Shown piece by piece: positions 1 to 8,936 of a stretch of DNA of 64,000 bases (positions are counted from its first letter, which is position 1; each line of letters opens with the position of its first letter). The notes under the pieces are model-generated. The model did not search any database. It worked only from the letters and a program-made list of their open reading frames with translations, and had not been told where the DNA came from. Source of the DNA: an uncultured Desulfatitalea sp. (GTDB lineage: Bacteria; Desulfobacterota; Desulfobacteria; Desulfobacterales; Desulfosarcinaceae); assembly GCA_963668675.2 (NCBI GenBank), contig CAXXMB010000002.1, forward strand, positions 2,726,154-2,790,153, in the 5' to 3' direction. The position numbers and the translations under genes were made by a program.

Positions 1-871
1 GCGCGCCGCGCTGACCAACGGGCTCATGCTGCTGGTCAATGTCGGCTTCGTGGTGATCTTTTTCAAGGAGCTGCGCATCACCTCTTTCGATCCGGCCCTG
101 GCCACCACCATGGGGTTCAATGCCGGCTTGATGCACTATGTGCTCATGGGGCTCGTGGCCGCCACCACCATTGCTGCTTTCGAGAGTGTCGGCAGCATTC
201 TCGTGATCGCCATGCTCATTGTGCCCGGCGCCACCGCCCACCTGCTCACCGACCGGCTCGACGCCATGCTGGGCATCAGCCTTGTGGTTGCGGCCCTCTC
301 GGCGGTGCTGGGCCATGTGGGCGCTATCACCGTTCCAACCTGGATCGGATTTCGCGACACCAGCACCGCCGGCATGATGGCCGTGGCCGTGGGCGTCCTG
401 TTTCTGGCCGCATTTCTGTTCGCTCCCCGGCACGGGGTCATCGGTAAGATGGTGGCCCAGGGCCTTCTCACCCTGAGCATTAACCGCGACGATATACTGG
501 GCATGCTCTATCGTGTCCGCGAGTTGGCCGGCAAGGGGGTGGCTGCGGTTAAGACCGAGGATCTGCGCAATGCCCTCAAAACCGGCCGATGGGTCCGGTT
601 GGCCCTGATGGACCTGCTGCGAAGCAAGATGGTGCGCCACACCCCTGAAGGGGTGGTGCTGACGGCGAGCGGACTTACCGCCGCCGCAAACCTGATTCGT
701 TCCCATCGCCTGTGGGAGACCTACCTGTGTGACAAGATGGGCTTCTGTGATGCGGAGGCCCACTACAGCGCCCACCACTTGGAGCATGTCACAGACAAGG
801 AGATGCAGGAGCGGTTGAAGCGCGCGGCCAACTATCCGACCCAGGACCCGCACCAGAAGGCCATCCCCTGA
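1..871 (+). CDS. Metal (Mn/Zn/Fe-type) ABC-3 family transporter permease fused to a C-terminal DtxR/MntR-like domain; the 5-prime end lies outside the window
   Basis: The frame of ORF 26..871 stays open back to base 2. The multi-TM N-part (LVIAMLIVPGATAHLLTDRL) is typical of ABC-3 permeases. The soluble tail has HRLWETYL..HHLEH..DPHQKAIP, resembling the DtxR dimerisation/metal-binding region. Confidence 0.7.
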   Translation, partial: RAALTNGLMLLVNVGFVVIFFKELRITSFDPALATTMGFNAGLMHYVLMGLVAATTIAAFESVGSILVIAMLIVPGATAHLLTDRLDAMLGISLVVAALSAVLGHVGAITVPTWIGFRDTSTAGMMAVAVGVLFLAAFLFAPRHGVIGKMVAQGLLTLSINRDDILGMLYRVRELAGKGVAAVKTEDLRNALKTGRWVRLALMDLLRSKMVRHTPEGVVLTASGLTAAANLIRSHRLWETYLCDKMGFCDAEAHYSAHHLEHVTDKEMQERLKRAANYPTQDPHQKAIP

Positions 872-929
872 AGTTCAAGCGATCTGGTGCTGATGGGGAT
901 TGACAGCGCTCGCTAAAAGCCCGTCCCGC

Positions 930-2315
930 TTATTGTTTTTCCAGTGAGCCAAGCACCCGTTGCACGGCGGCCAGTTTTCGATCGATCTCGGTGGGTTGCA
1001 TCTGGCGGGTGGCCGGTGGCAACGGTTTGATGAGGCGGTAGAACTTCTCCATATTGGTCAGAATATCCTTGTTGCCGGCGTCCAAGGCCAGACTGTCGAG
1101 CAGCTTGCGAGAGATCTCCGCCGGCTTAACCTTTACCCAATTCGATTGGTTTCCCACGTAGATGCTGCTAATGGCCGATAGATTGCGAGCCGCTGCGCTG
1201 TAGGGGATCGATCGGGCTGCTGCGGTGAATTTTTCATTGGCGGCTGCGGCCTCCAACGGTTTTCCTCCCATGATGTCGAGACTGCCACTGAGGATGTTGG
1301 CCATCGCCCCGGCTTCGGGACTCTGCGCCTGAGCAGAATACTTGGCATATCGGGCGAGCGCTCTCTGGGCATACCCTCTCATCCGGTCGACATAGGGGTG
1401 GTCGTCGATGCCGTCCAGGTGAACCCTGAAACGCAGATAGCCGACCGCCCCCTCCACGAAGAACAACTCGGGCAGTCTGCGCCCCATCGGCACATCGCCC
1501 AGGCTCGACTGGGCATGGACCCAGCCGCTCGGGCCGGTATGCGCGTACGCCTCTATTCTCATCCATCCGTTGCGCGCCTCCATCACCCGGTACTGAAAGG
1601 GGATGTCGGGATTGAGGTCGATCTCATCGCCCTTTGAATCGATGTTGGGGTCTCTGCGCACCATGGCGCTTTTTCTGAACGCACGTCCGATCTGCTTCAA
1701 CTCATCGACGCTCACCCGCCTGGGGGCAAATGCGAATGCCTGATCCGGCATGCGTCCGCTAAATGTGAGAGGGCCGTTCGAAGGCGTGTCGACCTGCAGT
1801 ACGAGGCGATCGTCCACATCGCGCCGCAGGAAGCGGATATAGCTCTGGATGAAGATGTCACTGCCCTCTTCGTAGAGATACCCCCAGATGAGCACGACCC
1901 CCTTGCCGGGTGGAACCTGGGCGCGTGCCCCCCCCACCTTCCCCACCAACTTGTCCATTACCGTCTCCGCACTGCATTCGGTTTCGAGCATCTTCACAGG
2001 GAGATGCCGGACCGACAGGACCGTTGCGCCCACGCCGCTGTACTTCAGCATGGAGAAGAGCACATTCATCTGCACGAGCAGGGTCAGCTCTTCCGCTGCT
2101 TGGGTTAACGGTTTGCGATCTTCGCTCATATTGACATAGGGCAGTATGACGGCGTTGACGGCGGCGCCTCTCCACACAAACGGCTTGCGGCACTCGATGC
2201 CAATGGCCCCGGCCTGTGCGCCGCTGAAGAGGCAAAGCACCAGAAGACAACTGATCGGTCCAATCTGGTGGGCCAGGCGCAGCGGCAAAGCATATACGCT
2301 CTTTAAGATTGCCAT
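930..2315 (-). CDS. Hypothetical secreted protein, possible SH3b-like segment (NGWMRIE..GWVHAQS) and helical C-terminus
   Basis: Long ORF. The ATG at 2315 has AAGGAG 7 nt upstream; an alternative ATG at 2333 overlaps the upstream stop as ATGA. Signal-like N-terminus ISCLLVLCLFSGAQA. No catalytic motif recognised. Confidence 0.6.
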   Translation of the reverse strand: MAILKSVYALPLRLAHQIGPISCLLVLCLFSGAQAGAIGIECRKPFVWRGAAVNAVILPYVNMSEDRKPLTQAAEELTLLVQMNVLFSMLKYSGVGATVLSVRHLPVKMLETECSAETVMDKLVGKVGGARAQVPPGKGVVLIWGYLYEEGSDIFIQSYIRFLRRDVDDRLVLQVDTPSNGPLTFSGRMPDQAFAFAPRRVSVDELKQIGRAFRKSAMVRRDPNIDSKGDEIDLNPDIPFQYRVMEARNGWMRIEAYAHTGPSGWVHAQSSLGDVPMGRRLPELFFVEGAVGYLRFRVHLDGIDDHPYVDRMRGYAQRALARYAKYSAQAQSPEAGAMANILSGSLDIMGGKPLEAAAANEKFTAAARSIPYSAAARNLSAISSIYVGNQSNWVKVKPAEISRKLLDSLALDAGNKDILTNMEKFYRLIKPLPPATRQMQPTEIDRKLAAVQRVLGSLEKQ

Positions 2316-2329
2316 GCGTCGCTCCTTTC

Positions 2330-3151
2330 TCATGGGCAGGGGTTGTCGGGGTCGACCAGCTCTATGAGCGCACCGGTGTAGTTGGCATCCCCGCGCGCCT
2401 TGACGATGATCTGTCGGGCAGTCTCTTCAACATAGTCCATCAGGGCCATACGGCTCTCTTTTTCACCGGATTCTACCATTGGCTGCAGAAGGATCCGGGC
2501 TTTGCAGATGTACTTCATGGCCTCGTCATACTTTCTGTTTTTCAGCAGGTTGACGCCGATGCCGATGGCCGCGAAGGTTTCCAGTTCGAGGGATTGCTCG
2601 AGCAGATTGATCAGCTCTCCGGAGGCAACGTCCGGCGCCTTGGGGTAGGTGACAAACTGAAGTCCCGGCTGAAACGGATTCTGGTACTCGTCGAGCAGTA
2701 CCGGAACCAGCACAAAGCAGATGCTTGCGTTGCGGTTGGATACCTGGTCGTCGAGCTGCTTTCCATCCAGCAAACCCCAGAGTTCCAGGATGACATCTCT
2801 GTCGTCGAGAGATTCGACCATCCGTTTGTTGAAGCTCGCCTCCCCCTTGGGTTTGCGTCCTTTACAGAAGGCCAGGGCCAGAGGGACTGGCGTCGAGCTC
2901 AAAGTGAGGCCTTTCGCATTGGTGCGCAGCTTGAAATAGAGCCGCTGCATGAGGTTCTGTAGCTGGGGGTCTTTTTGCAACCCCTCCTTGGTGTAGTCCA
3001 GCTCATCCAGGTAGATCTGATAGATGCCCCCGGACAGGCTCTCCACACAGTCGATGGTTTGGGCCTCGCCTGGCTGAACGGTCAACAGCGAAAAAATAAC
3101 AGCGACGGTGGCCCCAACAGCCATCCAACTTGCCTCTCTCCTGCCAAGCAT
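2330..3151 (-). CDS. Hypothetical secreted protein (273 aa)
   Basis: ATG at 3151 preceded by AAAGGAGG. Signal-like N-terminus AVGATVAVIFSLLTVQPGEAQ. The stop overlaps the next ORF. No recognised domain. Confidence 0.6.
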   Translation of the reverse strand: MLGRREASWMAVGATVAVIFSLLTVQPGEAQTIDCVESLSGGIYQIYLDELDYTKEGLQKDPQLQNLMQRLYFKLRTNAKGLTLSSTPVPLALAFCKGRKPKGEASFNKRMVESLDDRDVILELWGLLDGKQLDDQVSNRNASICFVLVPVLLDEYQNPFQPGLQFVTYPKAPDVASGELINLLEQSLELETFAAIGIGVNLLKNRKYDEAMKYICKARILLQPMVESGEKESRMALMDYVEETARQIIVKARGDANYTGALIELVDPDNPCP

Positions 3152-3175
3152 AGTGCCTCCTTTGCCGTTGGCGGA

Positions 3176-3883
3176 TTATGGATTCAGTTTTTGGGACGTC
3201 CGGTCGATTTCCGCTCGAATTTTATTGAGGGCTTTGTGGTTGGGCGGACGGTCTTCACGGACCATTTGGGTATATTTTTCCAAGGCATCGGGCGACGCTA
3301 AAATGGTCTTCAATTTTTCCAAGAGGGGAGGCGCTTCGGTACAGCCGATATCGCCCAATAGCATGATGGCGCTTCTGTGGGTTTGCCAATAGAAAAGGCC
3401 GGAGCGGTTTTCCAACACTTTAATCAACAGATCACAGGTGCTCTCCGGGTACCGGAATGCCACGGTACGCAAACCCTCTTCAGCCGCCAGGGGCCTGACA
3501 CTGCCGTCGGCCTGCAGTTCATGAATCAGCGGGACGATGGCCGTCGGACCGAAGGCGGCCAGGGATACGGCCGTGGCCTCAGCTTCTGCCGGTCCGGTGT
3601 CAGGGCTGCCCAGCTTTACCATGAGATCTTGCATCGCCGTCAGGTGATCGAGTTGGAGTCGCTCCTGTTCCATGGCCCCGGTGATGGCGTGGGTCACATA
3701 GAAACTGACCGCTGCCAGAATCAGAGGGGTCAAGATGGCGGCGATATCCTTGATTCTAGGGAGAATTTTCCTGGAAGACTTGACCTGCTTGATATCCGCT
3801 GCCAGCGCATCCAACCTGATCTGGATGAGTCTGGCTTCGTTATCGCTTAAGCGTGATTCCAGGTTGTTCACCAAGTCCGTCAT
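3176..3883 (-). CDS. Membrane-anchored protein with N-terminal coiled coil, one TM helix and HEAT/PBS-lyase-like repeats
   Basis: TM segment ILTPLILAAVSFYVTHAITGA. Repeated helical units (AIVPLIHELQADGSVRPLAAEEGL; AIMLLGDIGCTEAPPLLEKL). Lies 24 nt upstream of the next ORF on the same strand. Confidence 0.55.
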   Translation of the reverse strand: MTDLVNNLESRLSDNEARLIQIRLDALAADIKQVKSSRKILPRIKDIAAILTPLILAAVSFYVTHAITGAMEQERLQLDHLTAMQDLMVKLGSPDTGPAEAEATAVSLAAFGPTAIVPLIHELQADGSVRPLAAEEGLRTVAFRYPESTCDLLIKVLENRSGLFYWQTHRSAIMLLGDIGCTEAPPLLEKLKTILASPDALEKYTQMVREDRPPNHKALNKIRAEIDRTSQKLNP

Positions 3884-4056
3884 CGATGGGCCCCTCGTAT
3901 CGGGTTCAGTACTTGGATCAACAGGGTGTGTTTCGTGTGGTTGACAAAGCAGAATGGAATAGTGATATCTTAGCGACCAATCGGGAACGGGTCAATGCGG
4001 TTTTACACAATTTTCAAAAAGGAAACAGAACCCCTCTTCTGTGGTCTTTTATCATT

Positions 4057-6264
4057 TTAACCGACAATAAAATCAGGGTAAAGCTTTTTGGCGCACTCGG
4101 GGCATAATCCGTGACTGAATTTGGCATCCGAGTGGCTCTGGATGTAGGACTCGATTTGATTCCAGTAGCCTTTATCGTCCCTGATTTTTTTGCATGATGC
4201 ACATATGGGAAGGAATCCCTGAAGTGTTTTTACTTCCGATAGTGCCTTCTGTAACTGGGCGATCAGCTTCTCCCTCTCTTTTTCGGCCTCTTTGCGCTTG
4301 GAGATATCGTGGACAATCGAGCAGAGAGCCGTTTTCCCACTGACGCTGATGGGGCCGCTGAAGACTTCGACGTCGCGAATATCTCCATTTGACAGGCGGT
4401 GCCGAAAGTGAAATTGACTCCGCTTTTCCAACTTGGCCAGCGCCATTTCTTTATTAATTTGCGTTTTTGACAGGGTGTTTATTTCCGACATACCCATCTT
4501 TGTCAGGGTCTTTTTTGCATAGCCATAATACTTGCATGCCGAGGGATTGGCATCAATAATGGACCCATCTTCCGGATCGATGATCAGTATGACCGATATG
4601 TTCTTATCGAAAAAAGAGCGGTAGATGAGTTCCCGTTCTGCCAGAAGCGCTCTGCTTCTCGCCCTTTCTGTGATGTCGCGCAAATATTCGACAACCGAAG
4701 TGATCCGTCCCGATGGGTCGAAAATTGGAAACGCGAACAACTCCGCGGTGCCAGCGGTACGGCCGAATCTTGAGAAAGGAATTTCATCCATCGCCATCTT
4801 GCCGGTTTCCATGGCGCGTACCGACGGGCATGTTTGACAGCATTCATCTCTTGCGAAGTAGACCTGATAGCATTTTTTACCCTCCAGTGGTTGATTCTGG
4901 TCATATAGGGCTTTCATGGTCTTATTGGCGAGCACAATATTCAGGTCGCGGTCAAGCACCGTGATGCCATCCTGGATCGAATCCAAAATGGTACTGAGAA
5001 ACGACTCGCTTTCCTGCAGCCGTTGTTCCGCACTTTTCCGGTCATGGATTTCATCCTTGAGTGTCTGGGTGCGCTGTTCCACTTGCGTCTCCAACATTTC
5101 ATGGGATTTCGCAAGAGCCCGCTCTGCCTTCATATAGTTGTTGCGGTTAAACAGCAGTGCCGCGATGAGAAGGGCCTGCAGCGCCATCAATACGGCCGCG
5201 GCGACGATATAGGTTCCGTAAAGCTCGAAAAACGATGGCGTTTTGTATCGTACGATGCTCCCTTTTGGCAGGCGCTCTTCACGGATATGCCACCTTTTCA
5301 GTTGACGCCAGTCAAACATGTAAGCGTTGGCCCCCACCACGGCGGGAATATTGGCGGGCGTTTTCCCGGACAGGATGTCCAGTGCCATTCGTGCGGCCTT
5401 TTCGCCCACCACTGTCGGACTGCTCAATTTTCCCCCCACTATTCCCGAACCGAGCATCGACTCCCAGAGCCCGAAAATGGGAGCGTTTGCATTCGAGGCC
5501 AAATATGCTGCGACTTCTGCCGGTATGAGTGGTCTCTTGTCGTTATCTTCAAAGGTCGTGACATAGAGGATGAGGGAGTGGTCGGGAAGCTGTTTCACGC
5601 GTTCGCCAAGCGATGCGACCGGAAGGCCTATCATGCGATCAACCCTGATATGGGGCTCATATTCTTCTATCGCCTTGTCGACCTTTTCCAGGTAGTATCG
5701 ATCTGTCGCCGAGGATCCGGAGATGACGGTGATCTGCCGGGTTTTCGGCAGGAGGCGCAACGCAGTCTCGATGCATCCGTTGGCATCGATGGATTCGAAG
5801 ACTCCCGTGACGTTGGATCTCAATGCCACCGGCTCAAGATCTTCGCGGATGGATGAGATCAAGACGACCGGGGCGCCTCCAAACAGCTCCCTGCCCTGAT
5901 TTATGGCAAACGAGCTTGATGGAAAGCCCACGGATATCAGCAGATCAACGTTCATCGCGGAGTGCCTGCTCAGATAATAGTTTCGCAGAGCCTCTTGCCT
6001 GGACCGGTTGCTCAAATGATCCCGGGATTCGCTAAGACCGGTGTATTCAATGTGGATATCTGTTTTTATATCTTTGGAAGATTCAAGAGCGGACAGGATT
6101 TTCTCGGTGGTAATTTGCTGCCAAGGCAATGCATGTTTGTAAGAGAGCAACAGCAGGACGTTTTGGGGCACCTCAAGGTTTGATGCAGTTGAAGGGGAAA
6201 TGATGAAGAGTGACACGAAGAGGATGGATATTGCGAGCCTGTTGAGAAGATACATGACATTCAC
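4057..6264 (-). CDS. Membrane sensor: periplasmic ABC-substrate-binding-like domain, TM, two PAS domains, C-terminal 4-Cys module; no recognisable kinase or cyclase output
   Basis: N-terminal signal/TM, a second TM (YIVAAAVLMALQALLIAALLF), PAS-like blocks, and the tail LPICASCKKIRDDKGYWNQIESYIQSHSDAKFSHGLCPECAKK. The ORF opens with GTG at 6264; an in-frame ATG at 6255 is an alternative start. Confidence 0.8.
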   Translation of the reverse strand: MNVMYLLNRLAISILFVSLFIISPSTASNLEVPQNVLLLLSYKHALPWQQITTEKILSALESSKDIKTDIHIEYTGLSESRDHLSNRSRQEALRNYYLSRHSAMNVDLLISVGFPSSSFAINQGRELFGGAPVVLISSIREDLEPVALRSNVTGVFESIDANGCIETALRLLPKTRQITVISGSSATDRYYLEKVDKAIEEYEPHIRVDRMIGLPVASLGERVKQLPDHSLILYVTTFEDNDKRPLIPAEVAAYLASNANAPIFGLWESMLGSGIVGGKLSSPTVVGEKAARMALDILSGKTPANIPAVVGANAYMFDWRQLKRWHIREERLPKGSIVRYKTPSFFELYGTYIVAAAVLMALQALLIAALLFNRNNYMKAERALAKSHEMLETQVEQRTQTLKDEIHDRKSAEQRLQESESFLSTILDSIQDGITVLDRDLNIVLANKTMKALYDQNQPLEGKKCYQVYFARDECCQTCPSVRAMETGKMAMDEIPFSRFGRTAGTAELFAFPIFDPSGRITSVVEYLRDITERARSRALLAERELIYRSFFDKNISVILIIDPEDGSIIDANPSACKYYGYAKKTLTKMGMSEINTLSKTQINKEMALAKLEKRSQFHFRHRLSNGDIRDVEVFSGPISVSGKTALCSIVHDISKRKEAEKEREKLIAQLQKALSEVKTLQGFLPICASCKKIRDDKGYWNQIESYIQSHSDAKFSHGLCPECAKKLYPDFIVG

Positions 6265-6432
6265 CCTGATACCGTCCGAGGCCGTTTTAGAATCTGTGCC
6301 GATATCGTATCAAAGCGTCATTTTTCATGTTACGGTATACTTATCATCATAGAGGATTTGTATGGGCCGATCAAGGTTTCATTGTGGCACTTGCTCCAAG
6401 CGTCCCGGGGTTTGTTTATATTGGTAGGCCTT

Positions 6433-7368
6433 ATGAACACCATAACAAAACGATTTGTGACAGAGGATCAAGTCGTCTGCGACTGCAGCAGAGGGCTCAT
6501 GTGGCCGGCCGATGCGGCCTTGGGTGAGTTCCCTCTGGCCTGGCACGAGGCCCTTGATTTTATTTCCGACCTTAACAAGCGGCGGCTTTACGGATATTCG
6601 GACTGGCGATTGCCCAACCGCCGGGAGCTTTTCAGTCTGGTCAGCCACACGCAAATCAACCCCGCGCTGCCCAAGGGGCACCCGTTTGTCAATGTTTTTT
6701 CAGGGTATTACTGGACGAGCACCACCTGCAGCCGCCTGCCCGATCAAGCCTGGTATCTCCATCTGGGTGGAGCTCGCGTGTTTAAGGGAATGAAGCGCGG
6801 CTTTTATATGGTGTGGCCGGTCCGAACGGCAGACATGCACGGCCGTCTGCCCTATCATACCGGCCAAAGGATCTGTTATTCCGAAGATCATCGGCCGCTC
6901 CCATGCTCCGGCGGCGGACAGGACGGGGACGTGCGGGCAGGGCGCCCATGGCCGCAGCCGCGCTTTGAGGTGCGCAACGATGGTGTTTTGGATCGATTGA
7001 CCGAATTGGTATGGGATCGATGCGCCAGCAGGAATGCCGTTCCGGTCGATTGGGAATCGGCCTGTGAACTGGCGGCTGCGGCCAATCGAGAACAATACGG
7101 CAACCATGATACCTGGCGGCTGCCGGCGGTGCGGGAAATAGAGAGCTTGTGCGATTTGAGCACCCACAGCCCGGCACTGCCTGCGGGCCATCCGTTTGAG
7201 GATGTGCGGTCCGACTACTGGACATCATCCACCAGTCGCTACGACCCACGGTACGCCTGGGTACTCTATCTGCAGGACGGCGCCGTGGGGGTTGGGTATA
7301 AGACGGGTGCGACGTTTTCCGTCTGGCTGGTCAGAGACGAGGTGATACCCTCCCCCGGGAGGTTTTAA
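6433..7368 (+). CDS. DUF1566 (Lcl C-terminal-like) domain protein, two repeats
   Basis: Two copies of the diagnostic motif (DWRLPNRRELFSL and TWRLPAVREIESL). Start taken at the internal ATG 6433; the ORF opens at 6358. Confidence 0.6.
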   Translation: MNTITKRFVTEDQVVCDCSRGLMWPADAALGEFPLAWHEALDFISDLNKRRLYGYSDWRLPNRRELFSLVSHTQINPALPKGHPFVNVFSGYYWTSTTCSRLPDQAWYLHLGGARVFKGMKRGFYMVWPVRTADMHGRLPYHTGQRICYSEDHRPLPCSGGGQDGDVRAGRPWPQPRFEVRNDGVLDRLTELVWDRCASRNAVPVDWESACELAAAANREQYGNHDTWRLPAVREIESLCDLSTHSPALPAGHPFEDVRSDYWTSSTSRYDPRYAWVLYLQDGAVGVGYKTGATFSVWLVRDEVIPSPGRF

Positions 7369-7421
7369 CAGGGGCCGCCGCAGGGGAGGGGTTGCTGTTC
7401 GCTGTCAGTGGCATCCGCAGA

Positions 7422-8165
7422 TTACATTCCCAAGTAAGTTTTGCGCAGTACTTCGTCTTTGAGCAACTCTTCCCCTTTGCCTTCGGCGATGATTTTTCCC
7501 GAAGAGAGGACATAGTTGCGGTCGGTCATGGTGAAAACCGTGCTCACCTCCTGTTCGACCAGCAGGACGGTGATGCCCAGATCCTTGATCTCCTGAATCT
7601 TGCGGAACACTTCGGAACGCATGATGGGTGCCAGGCCGGTCGAGGGTTCGTCGATGCACAGCAGTTTGGGGCTGGACATCATGGCCCGGCCCACGGCCAG
7701 CATCTGCTGTTCGCCGCCCGAGAGCGTCCCGGAGATCTGGTGGGAGCGCTCCTTGAGCCGCGGAAAGAGCTGATAGACCTGCCGCAGGTTTTCATCGGAT
7801 TCGTTTTTGTCGCTGAGCAGGTAGGCGCCCGCCTTCAGGTTTTCGAGGACGGTCATCTCCTTGAACGGACGCCGCCGTTCGGGGCAGTGGATCAGGCCCA
7901 TCTTGGCAATCTCGTGGGCCGGCGTCTTTTCGATGCGTTTGCCCATGAACTCAACTGTCCCTTCGAGGGTGATGTCGCCGTCCCCGCCGCGGTGGATGCT
8001 CTTCTCCCAGGCCACCAAGCCGGTGGCGGCCCTCAGGGTGGTCGATTTGCCCGCGCCGTTGGGGCCCACCAGGCTGACCAGTTCGCCCTCTTCGACCTTC
8101 AAACTGATGTCGTTGATGATCATCGCCTTGTCGTAACAGACCGTCAGATTCGTTATCTCCAGCAC
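7422..8165 (-). CDS. livF: Branched-chain amino acid-type ABC transporter ATP-binding protein (LivF-like)
   Basis: Walker A GPNGAGKST, signature LSGGEQQML, Walker B LLCIDEPS. GTG start 2 nt after the livG stop, with AAAGGAGAG upstream. Confidence 0.9.
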   Translation of the reverse strand: MLEITNLTVCYDKAMIINDISLKVEEGELVSLVGPNGAGKSTTLRAATGLVAWEKSIHRGGDGDITLEGTVEFMGKRIEKTPAHEIAKMGLIHCPERRRPFKEMTVLENLKAGAYLLSDKNESDENLRQVYQLFPRLKERSHQISGTLSGGEQQMLAVGRAMMSSPKLLCIDEPSTGLAPIMRSEVFRKIQEIKDLGITVLLVEQEVSTVFTMTDRNYVLSSGKIIAEGKGEELLKDEVLRKTYLGM

Positions 8166-8167
8166 CG

Positions 8168-8935
8168 TTATATCTCTCCTTTACCCAGATAGCATTCGAT
8201 CACCGCAGGATGCTTGACCACCTCTTCAGGCGAGCATTCGGCCACCACTTCACCGTAATTGAGCACGATGACGCGATCGACGATCTTCATCAGCGCCTGC
8301 AATTTGTGCTCGATGATGATCATGGCCGGACCCTCGCTGTGCAGTCGTCCGAAGCGGCCACCCTTGTGCAGTCGCTTGATCGATTTGCCCATCAGGTCAG
8401 TCTCGGCCGGGCTCAATCCACCGAACGGTTCGTCGAGCAGCAGCAGCTCCGGTTCGGTGGCGATGGCGCGCGCCACCTCAAGCCGTTTCAGGTCGCCCTG
8501 GGAGAGGGTCGAGGCCTTCTCCAGGGCCATATCCGAGATGCCGGCGAACTCCAGGGCATCCATGGCCTTTGCCTCGATGCGTTTGACCCATTCGCCGGTT
8601 TTCATCGAGCGGGGCGAAAGGCACGGCACCATTACATTGGCGATGATCGGCAGTCGCCGGAAAGGGCGCATGTTCTGAAAGGTGCCGGCAATGCCCATGT
8701 TGACGATGTCCCACACTTTTTTCCGGGTGATATCCCTCCCCTTAAAGCGGACTTTGCCGCTGTCGGGTCTGATCATTCCGGTGATCTGGCGCAACAGAGT
8801 CGTTTTGCCTGCCCCGTTGGGCCCGATCAGCCCCACGATTTCGTCACGGGCGATATTGAAACTGACATTGCTGGTGGCCTTCAACCCTCCAAAGCTCTTA
8901 TTCAGATTCGCAACTTCCAACATCGGAACGGCCAT
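8168..8935 (-). CDS. livG: Branched-chain amino acid-type ABC transporter ATP-binding protein (LivG-like)
   Basis: Walker A GPNGAGKTT, LLLLDEPFGG, C-terminal VIECYLG. Start set at the internal ATG 8935 (MAVPMLEVANL), one nt after the ligase stop. The 350-aa ORF extension overlaps the ligase. Confidence 0.9.
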   Translation of the reverse strand: MAVPMLEVANLNKSFGGLKATSNVSFNIARDEIVGLIGPNGAGKTTLLRQITGMIRPDSGKVRFKGRDITRKKVWDIVNMGIAGTFQNMRPFRRLPIIANVMVPCLSPRSMKTGEWVKRIEAKAMDALEFAGISDMALEKASTLSQGDLKRLEVARAIATEPELLLLDEPFGGLSPAETDLMGKSIKRLHKGGRFGRLHSEGPAMIIIEHKLQALMKIVDRVIVLNYGEVVAECSPEEVVKHPAVIECYLGKGEI

Positions 8936-8936
8936 A

